A stretch of 64,000 nt of DNA from Eledone cirrhosa. Lineage: Eukaryota. Made by a program: the position numbers and the translations under genes. The first letter of the stretch is position 1. Every line of letters begins with the position of its first letter. A model generated the notes under the pieces. The model worked only from the letters and a program-made list of their open reading frames with translations. It searched no databases and was not told where the DNA came from. The DNA is taken from assembly GCA_964016885.1 (NCBI GenBank), contig OZ024744.1, forward strand, positions 78,368,001 to 78,432,000. Reading direction: 5' to 3'. Below, one piece after another: positions 15,413 to 35,600 of the stretch.

Positions 15413-15517
15413 ACCTGTTAGTTTGCCTGCTATCCCGCTACATCTCTTGTGTACCCAGGACCTACATTGTGTGCATTTTATAGAATTTATGCCAGTTCCT
15501 TTTCTGCATATCGAACA
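15413..15517 (-). mobile_element. RTE subfamily B fragment abutting the gap
   Basis: Reverse complement of about 34951-35055 with 2 mismatches (CSICRKG..HKRCSG). Confidence 0.9.
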
Positions 15518-15717
15518 NNNNNNNNNNNNNNNNNNNNNNNNNNNNNNNNNNNNNNNNNNNNNNNNNNNNNNNNNNNNNNNNNNNNNNNNNNNNNNNNNNN
15601 NNNNNNNNNNNNNNNNNNNNNNNNNNNNNNNNNNNNNNNNNNNNNNNNNNNNNNNNNNNNNNNNNNNNNNNNNNNNNNNNNNNNNNNNNNNNNNNNNNNN
15701 NNNNNNNNNNNNNNNNN
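15518..15717. other. Assembly gap (200 N)
   Basis: Run of N of round length. Confidence 0.99.
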
Positions 15718-21934
<6,217 letters not shown>

Positions 21935-23782
21935 ATCATCCATCACCGTTTTACCGTCCGTTCTTCAACGCTCGCCTGGGTTAGCCGGGTTGTCCTGTTG
22001 TGTAGCAGTGACTGGTCGGCTGACCATGCCTTGCTCATACCGGAACTGCTCTGGCTTGATTTCAACAGCTGGATACCCTTCCTCACACCAACCTCATTAC
22101 AGTGTGGGCTGGGTGCTTTTTTGGGGGGGGGGGGCATATTGTATATATGCTTCAGCATGTACCCATGGGAGGTCGGGGTACTCTGTGTTACTGCGTGACG
22201 CCAGAAGTCACGGTCGTGTGTCATTGTCTTTGAGAGGTGTAATTGGGTCAAGGTCGGCTTCTATCACCTCATCCCAGGTCATGTTGGGTCTCCCCACTCC
22301 GCGATTTCCATGAACTTCTAGTGCTCTGCACCTTTTTATGCAGCTGTCATCCTTCATACGCATCACATGTCCATACCAGCGCAACCACCTCTCCTGCACA
22401 CAGCATTTGATTCCTCTTATGCTCAGTCTCTCTCTCAATTCATTTATGCTTTGTCGTTCACGTATATTACTGTTACACATCCGTCGGAGCATGCAGGCTT
22501 TATTTCTCTCTAATCTACATAAGTCTTCCACCTTCAGCGCCCAGGTCTCACTACCATGCAACATCGCTGTTCGGATACACGCATCATACAGTCTGCCTTT
22601 CATTCTGAGGGAGAAGCCTTTTGCAGCTAGCAGTGGTAGTAGTTCCCTAAACTTCTTCCATCCCGTTCTTACCCTAGTTATTGTACTTTCTGAACACCCA
22701 CCTCCGTTGGTAATTCGGCCACCTAGGTAGCAGAAGCTGTCTACTGTTTCTACAGAGCCCTGCCAGAGATTGGTGGTACTTGTTTCCTGTGGCTGTTTGC
22801 CGCTAGCTGTTTCAGCACAGCTGCTGCATGTGAATCCTACATTCTTAATTAAGCTTCCTGAGATCCCGCTACATCTCTTGTGTACCCATTGTTTGCATTT
22901 GGGGCAGAGAATGGAGTTCCTACCTACACCTTTCCTACATACTGAGCAAGGCCATTTCCCTGAGGGGATCTGGGTTCTGTTTTCTCGTCTACTTACAAGG
23001 ACCTTAGTCTTTGTCATGTTGACTTTGAGACCCTTTCTCTCTAGTCTCTGCTTCCAGGTTTGGAATTTATTCTCTAGTTCTAGGTAGGATTCACATGCAG
23101 CAGCTGTGCTGAAACAGCAAGCAAACAGCCACAGGAAACAAGTACCACCAATCTCTGGGAGAGCCCTGTAGAAACAGTAGACAGCTTCTGCTACCTAGGT
23201 GACCGAATTAGCAACGGAGGTGGGTGCTCAGAACGTACAATAACTAGGGTAAGAACGGGATGGAAGAAGTTTAGGGAACTACTACCACTGCTAGCTGCAA
23301 AAGGCTTCTCCCTCAGAATGAAAGGCAGACTGTATGATGCGTGTATCCGAACAGCGATGTTGCATGGTAGTGAGACCTGGGCGCTGAAGGTGGAAGACTT
23401 ACGTAGATTAGAGAGAAACGAAGCCTGCATGCTTCGATGGATGTGTAACAGTAATATACGTGAACGACAAAGCATAAATGAATTGAGAGAGAGACTGAGC
23501 ATAAGAGGAATCAAATGCTGCGTGCAGGAGAGGCGGTTACGCTGGTATGGACATGTGATGCGTATGAAGGATGACAGCTGCATAAAAAGGTGCAGAGCAC
23601 TAGAAGTTGATGGAAACCGCGGAGTGGGGAGACCCAAGATGACTTGGGATGAGGTGATAAAAGCCGACCTTACCCAACTACACCTCTCAAAGTCAATGAC
23701 ACACGACCGTGACTTCTGGCGTCACGCAGTAATACAGGGTACCCGACCTCCCATGGGTACATGCTGAAGCATATAAACAATA

Positions 23783-23815
<33 letters not shown>

Positions 23816-24900
23816 ACCGCAAGGTGGTCGTGGAGGTGCCACTGCAAAAAAGCACCCAGCCCACACTGTAAAGTGGACGTGTAGGCGCCACGAAAAAGCA
23901 CCCAGCACTCACTGTAAATGAGGTTGGTGTTAGGAAGGGCATCCAGCTGTAGAAATCAAGCCAGATCAGTTCCTGTATGAGCAAGGCATGGTCAGCCGAC
24001 CAGACACTGCCCACAACAGGACAACCCGTCTAACCCATGCTAGCGTGGAAGAACGGACGTAAAACGGTGATGATGATGATGATGATGATGAGTTCTATCA
24101 TAGATTCAGCTATGAGTGCGAGGTCATCAGCATACAGGAGTTCCCATGGGCATCCGGTCTTAAATTTCTCTGTTATTGCCTGCAGGACTATGATGAACAG
24201 GAGAGGGCTAAGAACAGAGCCCTGGTGGACCCCAACCTGTACGCTAAATTCCTCGCTATACTCATTGCTAATCCTAACTTTGCTGACTGCTCCCCTATAC
24301 ATGGCTTGTACCGCTTTCACAAGCCATTCATCTACTCCTAGTTTTCTAAGAGCCCACCAGATTACAGCACGTGGAACTCTGTCAAAGGCTTTCTCAAGGT
24401 CGACAAATGCCAAGTAGAGTGGCTTACTTTTAGCTAGGTGCTTTTCCTGTAATTGCCTCACAAGGAAGAGGGCATCAGTGGTGCCTCTTCCTGGTACAAA
24501 CCCAAATTGCATCTCGTCTATATTCACCCGGTCCCTAATCAGCTGTGCTATAACTCTTTGTTACTTTCATGACCTGGTCCATCAACTTTATACCTCTATA
24601 GTTTCCTCTATCTAGTGCATCACCTTTAACTTTGTAGCAGTTGACAATGAAGCTACTGCACCAATCTTTTGGTATGGCCCCTTCTAGTATTACCTGGTTA
24701 ACGATACGTGTGGTTATAGTGTGACCTACAGACCCAGATGCCTTCAGCATCTCGGCAGCTATACCCGATGGACCGGTTGCCTTCCCCATCTTCATATCTC
24801 TGATTGCCTTACTTACTACGCTGACTTGTACTGCTGGTCCCTCTATAGGGTCTACTTGGGGTAGGGTCTCTTCTTCCCATGCATTCTCCTCATTTAGTAA
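21935..24900 (-). mobile_element. RTE LINE subfamily A2, 5'-truncated host copy interrupted at 23083-24090
   Basis: Minus-strand RT ORF pieces 24535-24897, 24030-24527 (YADD) and 22208-23017; the frame ..ESMIEL|ENKF.. continues across the insertion; 3' tail at 21935. Confidence 0.93.
23083..24090 (+). mobile_element. RTE LINE subfamily A2, 1-kb 5'-truncated copy nested in the opposite orientation
   Basis: 7-bp TSD AGTTCTA at 23076-23082 and 24091-24097; (GAT)n tail; ORF 23318-23767. Confidence 0.93.
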
Positions 24901-26032
24901 TGTATATATATATATATATGTATATATGTATATATATATAATATATATGTATATATGTATAATATATATATATATGTATAATATATATATATATGTGTAT
25001 ATATATAATATATATGTATATATATATATAATATATATGTATATATATGTATATATATATAATATTTGTATATATATATATAATATATATGTATATATAT
25101 ATAATATATGTATATATATATAATATATATGTATATATATATAATATATGTATATATATATAATATATATGTATATATATATAATATATATGTATATATA
25201 TATAATATATATGTATATATATATATAATATATGTATATATATATAATATATGTATATATATATAATATATGTATATATATATATGTATATATGTATATA
25301 TATATATGTATATATATATATAATATATATGTATATATATATATGTATATATATATATAATATATATGTATATATATGTATATATATATAATATTTGTAT
25401 ATATATATAATATATGTATATATATATAATATATATGTATATATATATAATATATATGTATATATATATAATATATATGTATATATATATAATATATATG
25501 TATATATATATAATATATATGTATATATATATAATATATATGTATATATATATATAATATATGTATATATATATATAATATATGTATATATATATATAAT
25601 ATATGTATATATATATATAATATATATGTATATATATATATAATATATATGTATATATATATATAATATATATGTATATATATATATAATATATATGTAT
25701 ATATATATAATATATAATGTATATATATATAATATATAATGTATATATATATAATATATAATGTATATATATATAATATATATAATATATAATGTATATA
25801 TATATAATATATAATGTATATATATATAATATATAATGTATATATATATAATATATAATGTATATATATATAATATATAATGTATATATATATAATATAT
25901 AATGTATATATATATAATATATAATGTATATATATATAATATATAATGTATATATATATAATATATAATGTATATATATATAATATATACATACACATAC
26001 GTATGTTTACGTACATACACACACACACACAC
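24901..26032. repeat. TA-derived array ending in (CA)n
   Basis: Direct reading of the sequence. Confidence 0.97.
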
Positions 26033-26340
26033 GGATTTTTCAAGGTCTTCAGTAGAAAATCCTTCGAATTCTGACTCGCTGCTTGACTGAATGAAATTGG
26101 TATCCATTTTTTGTCAGATTTAAAAATTTTCAAAATATAACAGGAACAAATTTTGAAAAAAATCTCCCAAAATTCAGAATTAAAATAACACGTTGATATT
26201 TGTCCGAAACTGTAGCTCAATTGTTTACGTAGTATAATCACATGTTTTCACGAATGTACTAACGAGATTTGCTCAGATATTCTCATTTAAATATGAATGT
26301 GTGAGTACGGGCGGCTTTGTGCGGTTTGGTAACGAAAGGG
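26033..26340 (-). mobile_element. piggyBac 5'-end remnant, same family as 42112-44372
   Basis: Closely matches 44032-44372 including [14 protein letters not shown] and the TIR TGGTAACGAAAGGG followed by TTAA. Confidence 0.9.
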
Positions 26341-26407
26341 TTAAGTTAGTGTATATACATATTTTTAAATTAAAATATAAACTTTATATTATTTTCTATT
26401 GTTAAAG

Positions 26408-26627
26408 ACTGAAACTGAAGAAGTGAAAGACCATGCGAAACAACCTGACACTGCCAATGTTACAGAAGAGAAAGAGGAAAAAGTAGCCGAAGAGACAAAA
26501 GATATTACAAAAGTTGTAATTAACATTGAAGATAAGGTTGTTGCAGATGAGAATGAGAAAAATGAAGCAAAGAACATTGAAGATTCTGTTGAAGAATCTG
26601 ATGAAAATATTTTAGGATACAAAGAGG
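26408..26627 (+). CDS. EIF4G: eIF4G exon, acidic low-complexity region
   Basis: aag|ACT acceptor and G|gttagt donor; ends GYKE and joins in phase to DQWSP. The 5' boundary is less certain. Confidence 0.75.
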
Positions 26628-29600
26628 GTTAGTTGATTGTTTACAAATGTATCTTTGTTTGGTACTGATGTGGAAGGTTCCTTTTGAGGTGTTTGTAACA
26701 AAATAAAATGAAGTAATTCTGATGATTGGAAGTAGAAGTAAAATAAAATTGTCAATTGTTATTTCTCATTTTTATATTTCCATATATATGGTTGTAGGAA
26801 GGACATCTAGTAGTATAGAACTTACCAAACAAAAGTTTGGAGGGTCTTTTCAGTTTTGTCAAAGACAACCTCTAGAGCTGCAATAAAATGCAACAACTAA
26901 GCGAGGAGTGACTCCTGCTCATCTGTGAGATCAGTAGCAATGACAACTTGCTAACATGGAAAACAAATGTTAAATGATGATATTTGTGTGTTTTACAAAT
27001 TTATTTTTTTTTATCCAGACCAGTGGAGTCCGTTACATCCCGAAAGAAAGAAGCAGTATGACCGAGACTTTCTTTTAAAATTGCAGTTTTCAAATGAATC
27101 TCTTTTAAAGCCACATGGACTTCCCGATTTACCTGATGTTATCTTAACTAAAGTAAATATTTAAATATTTTTTCCTCAGTATTTGATTCATTGATTCATA
27201 TAATATTTGTCTGAATGTGACTTGGTATTGCATTGCACATTTCAGTTTTGTAACATTTCAAATTGTTTTCAATTACTTCTAAACTTTGTAAAATGTATCC
27301 AACTATAAAACAATTATTCAGTTAGTAACTTATTTACTGAGGATTTGAAGAAATTGGCTTTCTGCTAAATCTTTTTGATGACAGCAATTTTTCGAATGCA
27401 TCCCTGTTGTTAAATTCAGTTGGCACTTCTAATTATTTGTTTTAAATCTTGATTTAACTGTATCAGTAATAATCTGATTTAAAGGATTGGGGTTTCAGTT
27501 TGCCCAATTATTGTCACGGTATAGTCAGGAGGTTACCAGTAGATCGTCGTATTTGTCTGTTAAGTGTTAAGCCTTTTATTTATTCTGAAATTATTTCAGT
27601 TCAGAGCTTAATATATTACATGTTACATCAGGTTAATACACTTAATGGCATAAAACAAAAACAGCAGCATTTTGTGAAGGGTTTCACATGATAGATGAAG
27701 TTATTAAATTCATAATATTCCGGTTATTCTTTTAAAACGATTGTCTTCCCTTATTTTTCAGCCACATGAGCCAGAAAGAAGTTTTGAAAAGGTTCCTGGA
27801 TCTAGTTCTTTTGAAAGTGTTTTTGACTTTACACCAAAATTTTTGCGGGCATCTAAAGCTGTAAGTAATATTAGCTTATAAATTTTGTTAATTAACCCTC
27901 CCGTTTAACCCTATTTCTAATGAAGGATATTATTTTCACATCTGTTTGAAAGTATTCAAAAACTGAGGAATTTAGTAATATAATCAACTTTCTTAAGTTG
28001 GTATTTGCAACATAAGGATTCTTGCATAAAATTGTTGTGGGATTGTTTTAGATACATATATAACCACCTCTACAGTAATAGTGCTGATGCCACAATGAAA
28101 AGTACCTAGTCCACCCTGTAGTGGAATAATGCCAGTCAAGATAAAATGCTCCCATTGCACACTGTAAAGTAGATGGTGTTAGGGAGTCTGTCCGGTTGTA
28201 GAAACCATTCTGTAAAATGGTTTCTATTACGAATGGCATAGAAATAAAGTATACTAGCTAGTCCTAGTCACCTGACCAATATAGCTTCAGCATGTGATAA
28301 CTATCTAATGCATGATACTTATAAGCACTTTTTTTTTTAAATAGCTTTTAGTACCATAGAACCTGGAGTGATTTGGTATAGAAGAGTTAAGTGGCATGTT
28401 TTTTTTTTTTTATCGGCTATTGTGTAAATGTAGATCACATATTTCTAGTTGGAAACACATTTTTTCTTTCTTTCTTTTTAAAGCCTGGAAATGTTAGAAA
28501 TATTCCAAAAAGAGGTAGCCAGCAAGGCGGTATCCGTAAAGAAATAAAGAAAATAACTGGACTCAACTTATCATTAGATACACCACTGAAAAGATGTGAT
28601 AATGCCTGGAAACCAACACATAAACAGGGCAAGGATGATGATGAGGATGATGTGAGTATTCTGCTAATGCATCCTGAATGTATTTCTCAACATTTATGCA
28701 ATATTAAATACTTTGTACATATTAAACAAGTTTCAAGGACATTTTCCTTGCTAAAGCAGATATTAGCTATGCAAGCCCCATGGCAGGCTTCATACTCATC
28801 CTGCAGTTCTTTTGGGGCAAAATTTTAATGCTAGCTGCTCTTTTAAACAACTCACGATACTTTGTACCTACGTGATGCTAGATGCACAGCAGATTTATAT
28901 ATATAAGAAAATATTTGTTCTAAATTCTTAAAACTTGATGTTATTGTACATGATGTTATTGTACATGAACTTTAAATATGTGTATAATTTTTAAGGGATT
29001 CAGTTTTGTGATAACCTGTCCAACCCATACCAATATGGAAAATAGGTTAAATAAATCGGGATCAATTAAATATAGTTGTTTCATAATATATAATTTCTAA
29101 GCTTGCATGGGTTGGAGAGCTCTGCAATACAACAGCTCTATATAAAATTCTCTGGTATCTCCAGCCATTAATTAGCAGCGCTTAATTTTCACTTAGTACA
29201 TATGCGTGATTACTGCCTTACAAAATGCATACACTTACTTCAATATTTTTACTATATCCAAATTAATTTTTTCCCTTTTTTGTATACACAGATAAATAAA
29301 AAAGTGCGGAGCATCTTAAATAAATTAACGCCCCAGAAATTTGAGGTTTTATTATCCCAAATCAAGATGATAAATATCAACACAGAAAATAAGCTTAAAA
29401 TTGTTATTAGCTTATTGTTTGAGAAGGTAAACTTTATTTAAAATCGATTTACCAGATTTTCTTTTCTTTTATATTTATGGTGTGTGAGTAAACGTTATGA
29501 ATTCCATCCACAGAGAAATGTCATTTAACTTGTATATTATAGTGGACATGCATAAATGTTGTTTGTTGTGAGTTAATTTGTACAATTCTTGCTTCTTCTA

Positions 29601-32600
29601 TATATTTAAAATTGATCTGTTAGCTAGAGGTTGTATTTGTCAAAACTTAACAACAAAGAGTGATAACTGGTAACTGCCAGGATAATTGCTAGATGTGTGT
29701 TTAAATGGGGTGTATATTAAAGTATGTGAATATGGATGCATATATTATGTATGTTATTAGAGAGGAAGATGCTTTGAGTAAAATTGTCTGAATAGTAAGT
29801 TTAACACTATTTACCTGAATGTCAGATGATGTTTTGATATAAGTAATGATATACTAGCAATAATTCTTACAAATAATATCGCCTGAATCTTGGGTGCAAA
29901 ACTGTTTCATGGTGTTCATCATCACCATTTTACGTTCGCTTTTCCCTGCTTGCAAGGGTGGGACGGGTTCTATTCAGCACAGTATCTCTCCACTTCTAAC
30001 GGTCCTTTGTCATCTCCAACGTGAGCTTCAGCGATCTGAGGTCTGCTCTCACCACCTCCGCCCATGTTTTTCGTGGTCTACCTCTACTACGTCTTCCTTC
30101 AACTGGCATTTCTTGGCACTTATTCACACATAAGGTCATCCTCCATGCATATCACATGTCCATACCACCGTAGTCTCCTCTCTCGCACACTACAATCTAT
30201 CCCTTTCAGACACAGTTTCTCTCTCAACACATCCATGCTCAGTCGTTCACGCACATTGACATTGCACATCCAATGGAGCATGCTGGCTCATTTCTCTCTC
30301 GCCGTTGCATATCCTCTGCAGTTGCTGCTCATGTCTCACTACCAGGCAGCATATAACCGGCCTTTCATACGCAGGGAGAAAAACTTCTTCCAACCCGTCC
30401 TTATTCTAGATACTATGGCCTCGGAACCCCCCCCTCACATGCTAATCTGTTCACCTAGGTACCGGAAGCTATCAACCACTTCTATAGAACTTACCTGCAT
30501 TTGAAAATGTGTCTATCAATGCGACTTCTACTGTCAAATTTCCCTGTACATCTACTGCATTGCCCTACCTGTTGGTTTGACTGTTATCCACACTACATCT
30601 ATTGTGTACCCAAGATCTGCATTGTGTACATTTTATAGAATTTATGCCAGTTCCTTTTCTGCATATCGAACATGCTCATCTCCCTGGCGGAATCAGAGTT
30701 TAGTCCTCTTTTGTCTTAGCTAGGTTCACTCTCAGTCCTCTTGCTTCCAACTGCTGTTTCCATAGCCAGAATTTATTCTCTAGCTCCTCTTCTGATTCTG
30801 CTATAAGAACCAGATTGTCAGCATAGAGAAGTTCCCATGGGCAGCCAGTCTTAAACTCCTCTGTTATGGCTTGGAGGACTATAATGAACAAAAGCAGGCT
30901 GAGGACCAAACCCTGATTTACTCCTACTTGTATCTAGAATTCCTCACTAAACTCCATTCCTACCCTCACTCTACTGACAGCACTTCTGTACAAAGCTTGC
31001 ACTGTCCTCAGAAGCCATTCCTCAACACCCAGCTTCCTTAGAGACCACCAGATGACAGATCGGGGTACCCTATCAAAGGCCTTCTTAGGTCAACAAAAAC
31101 TAAATATAATGACATGTATTTCCAAGCCTCCTTTTTCTGATCATTCGTGACACTGAGTACACTGGCATCATTCCGGACACACTTATCTCCAACAACATTC
31201 TGATTTGCACTGACACACTGCCTTGCGATGCGGAACACCGCATATCTCTGATCTTCCCGTCGCAGAACATTGGCAACCTCCTACTCTCGGCCTCCCTGCG
31301 TGCTAAGTACACCTGAACTCTAGCTTCTCTCTTAGCGGCTGTATATCCTTCTCTACTCCCACCATTTTTCCAAGCGTTCCATGCTAGTCTTTTGTCTCTA
31401 ATGTCCCTATCTACCGTGCTGTTCCACCACCAGGTCACTCTCTGTCTGGTTGGAGAAAACGAAGGAGATCTCCAGGGTGCCGTTGAAAATATTACAGCAA
31501 CGTGGATGAAAAATACCACACCAATATATGTTCCCGATGCTAAAGCACTGGATTATTTCTTTTTGTTTTTACCACAAACTTCCTTCGAAGTTGTGGCAGA
31601 AGAGATTAATCGATATGCCCAACAACAGATTTCAAATCAGAGAAAACCCGATGTGTTATGGTGACCGACAAATGTTGCGGAAATGCAAGCACTTTTTACC
31701 GTAATTATTATGTTCGGTATAAAACAATTTCCAAGGCTGTGGAATTACTGGAGCACTGATATAAGGTTTAGTGATCCTTATATATCAAGTATTATGGCGA
31801 AAACAACGTATTTAAAATTAAACCAGTATTTGCACCTGGTTGATACTTCAAAGGCCCCTATTAATTCATTTCACCTGCCCATAAAAGTCAAATATTACCA
31901 AAAAAATCAGGTAAAATTATATAATTGTAAATTATTGATATTTAAACATCTACTGACAAAATTTCAAGCCTACACATAAAAAATGAAGAAAATTACAAAC
32001 AAATAAAATTGATAACCCTCTTGAGTACGATTAACTGAAAATAATGTGAACAGATAAACATGACATTTGACAAATTAATGTGAATGCTAAAGGGTTATTG
32101 CAGGCTTTTTTTTTTTTTTTTTTGACAAAATACTTAGAGAAAAAGAAACATTCACTGATTATTCTGAAAACCCCAAAAAAGGGTTTCCATGCATGAAGTA
32201 ATTTAAAATTAAATTTTAAAACTAAATTGTAATGTTCCTTACAGTTGTCCAAAACCATGATACAAATTAGTGATTATTCACAGACGTACTCTTTGTGCAA
32301 TCTTATTTCTCTAAAAGCTGAGTGCGTCTGCATAATTGTTTTGATGTTAGTTCCGTACTGAGTTCAAATCTCGCTGAGGTTAACTTTGCCTTTCATCCTT
32401 AAGAGGTCGATAAAATAAAGCACCAGTGATGTACTGGGATAATTGCTGGCCTTGTGCCAAAAGTAGAAACAATTATTATATTGAATGATATTTTTTTTTC
32501 TTCTAGGCTATTAGTGAACCTAGTTTCAGTGTTGCTTATGCAAATCTTTGCAGTTGCCTGGTAAAAGTAAGTACCACTTTGCTTTTTCAATATTGAAAAA

Positions 32601-35600
32601 TATTCTCATCTAGTAAAGCATCCAGTGTCTGTTAATTCTATCTTGTCACTCCATATATCTCATAACAGAACGAGAAAAGTGTATGTTTGTTACGTCACTG
32701 ATTTTTGCAGGTATTTGGGGGCGTTTATAGTATTTAATTAAGCTATTTGCTTATGTGAATTTCTGCCATTTCAATTCCATTCTTCAGCATTATTAATTAC
32801 GTAAGACTTTGTTTTGTTACTTGCAACAACTTTTAAATACTTAATACTATAAGCATGACTTAAGAATTAAAATTTTCTCCAATGCCAAAATGTTTCTAAA
32901 TACTTATTTTATATCTTTCATTTCTTCTTTCTTTTACAGATTAAGGTCCCTTCATCAACACACCAAGGCACTGTTAACTTCCGAGATACTTTATTAAATC
33001 GATGTCAAGTTGAGTTTGAAAAGCATTCTTCTGAAGAAGCTGACCTCATTAAAAAACAGAAAGAACTTGACAAGGCTGATAGTGTGAGTGAAACATTTTT
33101 TCTCACTTATAAAATTTTGTTTGCATTAGAATTGGTCTTGCTTTCTTACAATTGTGTTAATGTAACCTTAGTTAAGGCAAGTGGATATCAGTAGCTGTTA
33201 ACAAGTTATAGATTGTTACTATCTGAATTTTGGGTTTTAATCATGAAATAGAATTTTCCATATTTGACTTTTGTTTTCAGGATGAAACTAAAAGGAGGTT
33301 AAAAGAAGAATTAGAAGATGCATTTTCAGCTGCCAAAAGGCGCTCGATAGGAAATATACGGTGAGTTTTTTTTTTTTTTTTTTTTTTCTTTTTTTTTTTC
33401 TTCATATATATATGTTAGTTAGTAGTTGTTAGTGATATCTCAGTAAGCAAGAGATGGAATGAGACATATAGGAAGGTGTGGAGAAGAAAGGTCTGGAAGC
33501 TAAAAGACCTTTCACTAAAATTCAAATTTAGGAAAGCCCTTCAAGATGTATATGACGAAAAAGAAGACGATTTAGAGACGTATGACATAGATAATAACTG
33601 GAAGTTCTTACGCGACAACTTGCTGCAGGCTACTGATGAAACCTGTGGCTGGAGCAGAGCTCCAACCAGACAGAGAGTGACCTGGTGGTGGAACAGCACA
33701 GTAGATAAGGCTATTAGAGACAAAAGACTAGCATGGAAGGCTTGGAAAAGGGGTGGGGGTAGGGAAGAATATACAACCACTAAGAGAAGCTAGACATCAG
33801 GTGTACTTAGCACGCAGGGAGGCAGAGAGTAGGAGGTTTGCCAATGTTCTGCGATGGGAAGATCAGAGGCGTGCGGTGTTCCACATTGCAAGGCAGTTTG
33901 TCAATGCAAATCAGGATGTTGTTGGTGATAAATGTGTCCGGGATGATGCCGGTGTACTTAGTGTCACGAATGACCAGAAAAAGGAGGCCTGGAAATGTCA
34001 TGAGAGACTGATGAATGTGGAGAACGAATGGGAGAGAGAAATTACCCTTGGTAGATCCGACAGAGGGACCAGCTATTGAGATTGACGAATATAGGGTCCA
34101 AGAGGCGATTAGGGAAATGAAAAATGGTAAGGCGGCCGGACCATCGGGAATAGTTGCTGAGATGCTGAAGGCATCAGGGGACGTAGGCACTAAACTGGTT
34201 GCACGCATCATCAATCAGGCTATATATGGTGGTGTCATACCCAAAGAGTGGTGCAGCAGTATTCTCATAAATTGCTACAAAGGTAAAGGGGATGCTTTGG
34301 AGAGGAGCAATTATAGGGGTATAAAACTGATAGATCAGGTTATGAAAGTGGCAGAAAGGATTTTAGCACAACTAATTAGAGAAAGGGTCAAACTAGATGA
34401 GATGCAGTTTGGTTTTGTGCCTGGGAAGAGTACAACAGATGCCCTCTTCTTGGTGAGACAAATGCAAGAGAAGTTCTTAGAGAAGAATAAGCCACTATAC
34501 TTAGCCTTTGTTGACCTAGCGAAGGCCTTTGATAGGGTACCCCGATCTGTCATCTGGTGGTCCCTAAGGAAGCTGGGTGTTGAGGAATGGCTTGTGAGGA
34601 CAGTGCAAACTTTGTACAGAGGTTCTCTCAGTAAAGTCAGGGTAGGAATGGAGTTTAGTGAGGAATTCCAGATGCAAGTAGGAGTACATCAGGGTTCGGT
34701 CCTCAGCCCGCTCTTGTTCATTATAGTCCTCCAAGCCATAACAGAGGAGTTTAAGACTGGCTGTCCATGGGAACTTCTCTATGTTGACGATCTGGCTCTT
34801 ATGGCAGAATCAGTAGAGGAGCTAGAGAATAAATTCCGGCTATGGAAACAGCAGTTGGAAGCAAGAGGAGTGAGAGTAAATCTAGCTAAGACAAAAGTGT
34901 TGATGAGTAGAAAAGAGGACAAAACCCTGATTCCGTCAGGGAAATGGCCATGTTCGATATGCAGAAAAGGAACTGGCATAAATTCTATAAAATGCACACA
35001 ATGCAGATCCTGGGTACACAAGAGATGTAGCGGGATAGCAGGCAAACTAACAGGTAGGGAGAAATATGTATGCAGTAGATGTACAGGGAAATTAGACAGA
35101 AGTCGCACTGATACACATTTTTCAAATGCGAGAGGGCGCTATAGAAGTGGTGGATAGCTTCCGGTACCTAGGAGATCAGATTAGCATGGGAGGAGGGTGT
35201 TCCGAGGCCATAGTATCTAGAATAAGGACGGGTTGGAAGAAGTTTAGGGAGCTGCTTCCTCTGTTGACGAAGAAGGGTTTCTCCCTGCGTACGAAAGGCC
35301 GGTTGTATGATGCCTGTGTGAAGAGCGCGATGCTGCATGGTAGTGAGACATGGACAGCAACCGCAGAGGATATGCGACGGCTGGAGAGAAATGAGGCAAG
35401 CATGCTCCGTTGGATGTGCAGTGTAAATGTGCGTGAACGACCCAGCATAAATGTGTTGAGAGAGAAACTGTGTCTGAGAGGGATAGAATGTAGTGTACGG
35501 GAGAGGAGACTGAGGTGGTATGGACATGTGATGCGCATGGAGGATGACCGATGGGTGAAGAAGTGCCAGGAAATGCCAGTTGAAGGAAGACGTGGTAGAG

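Noticed and set aside
29820-29890. Intronic C/D snoRNA candidate (vertebrate eIF4G genes host snoRNAs)
   Set aside because: The C box is imperfect and there is no convincing terminal stem or guide; other RTGATGA hits are RTE tails or lack a D box.
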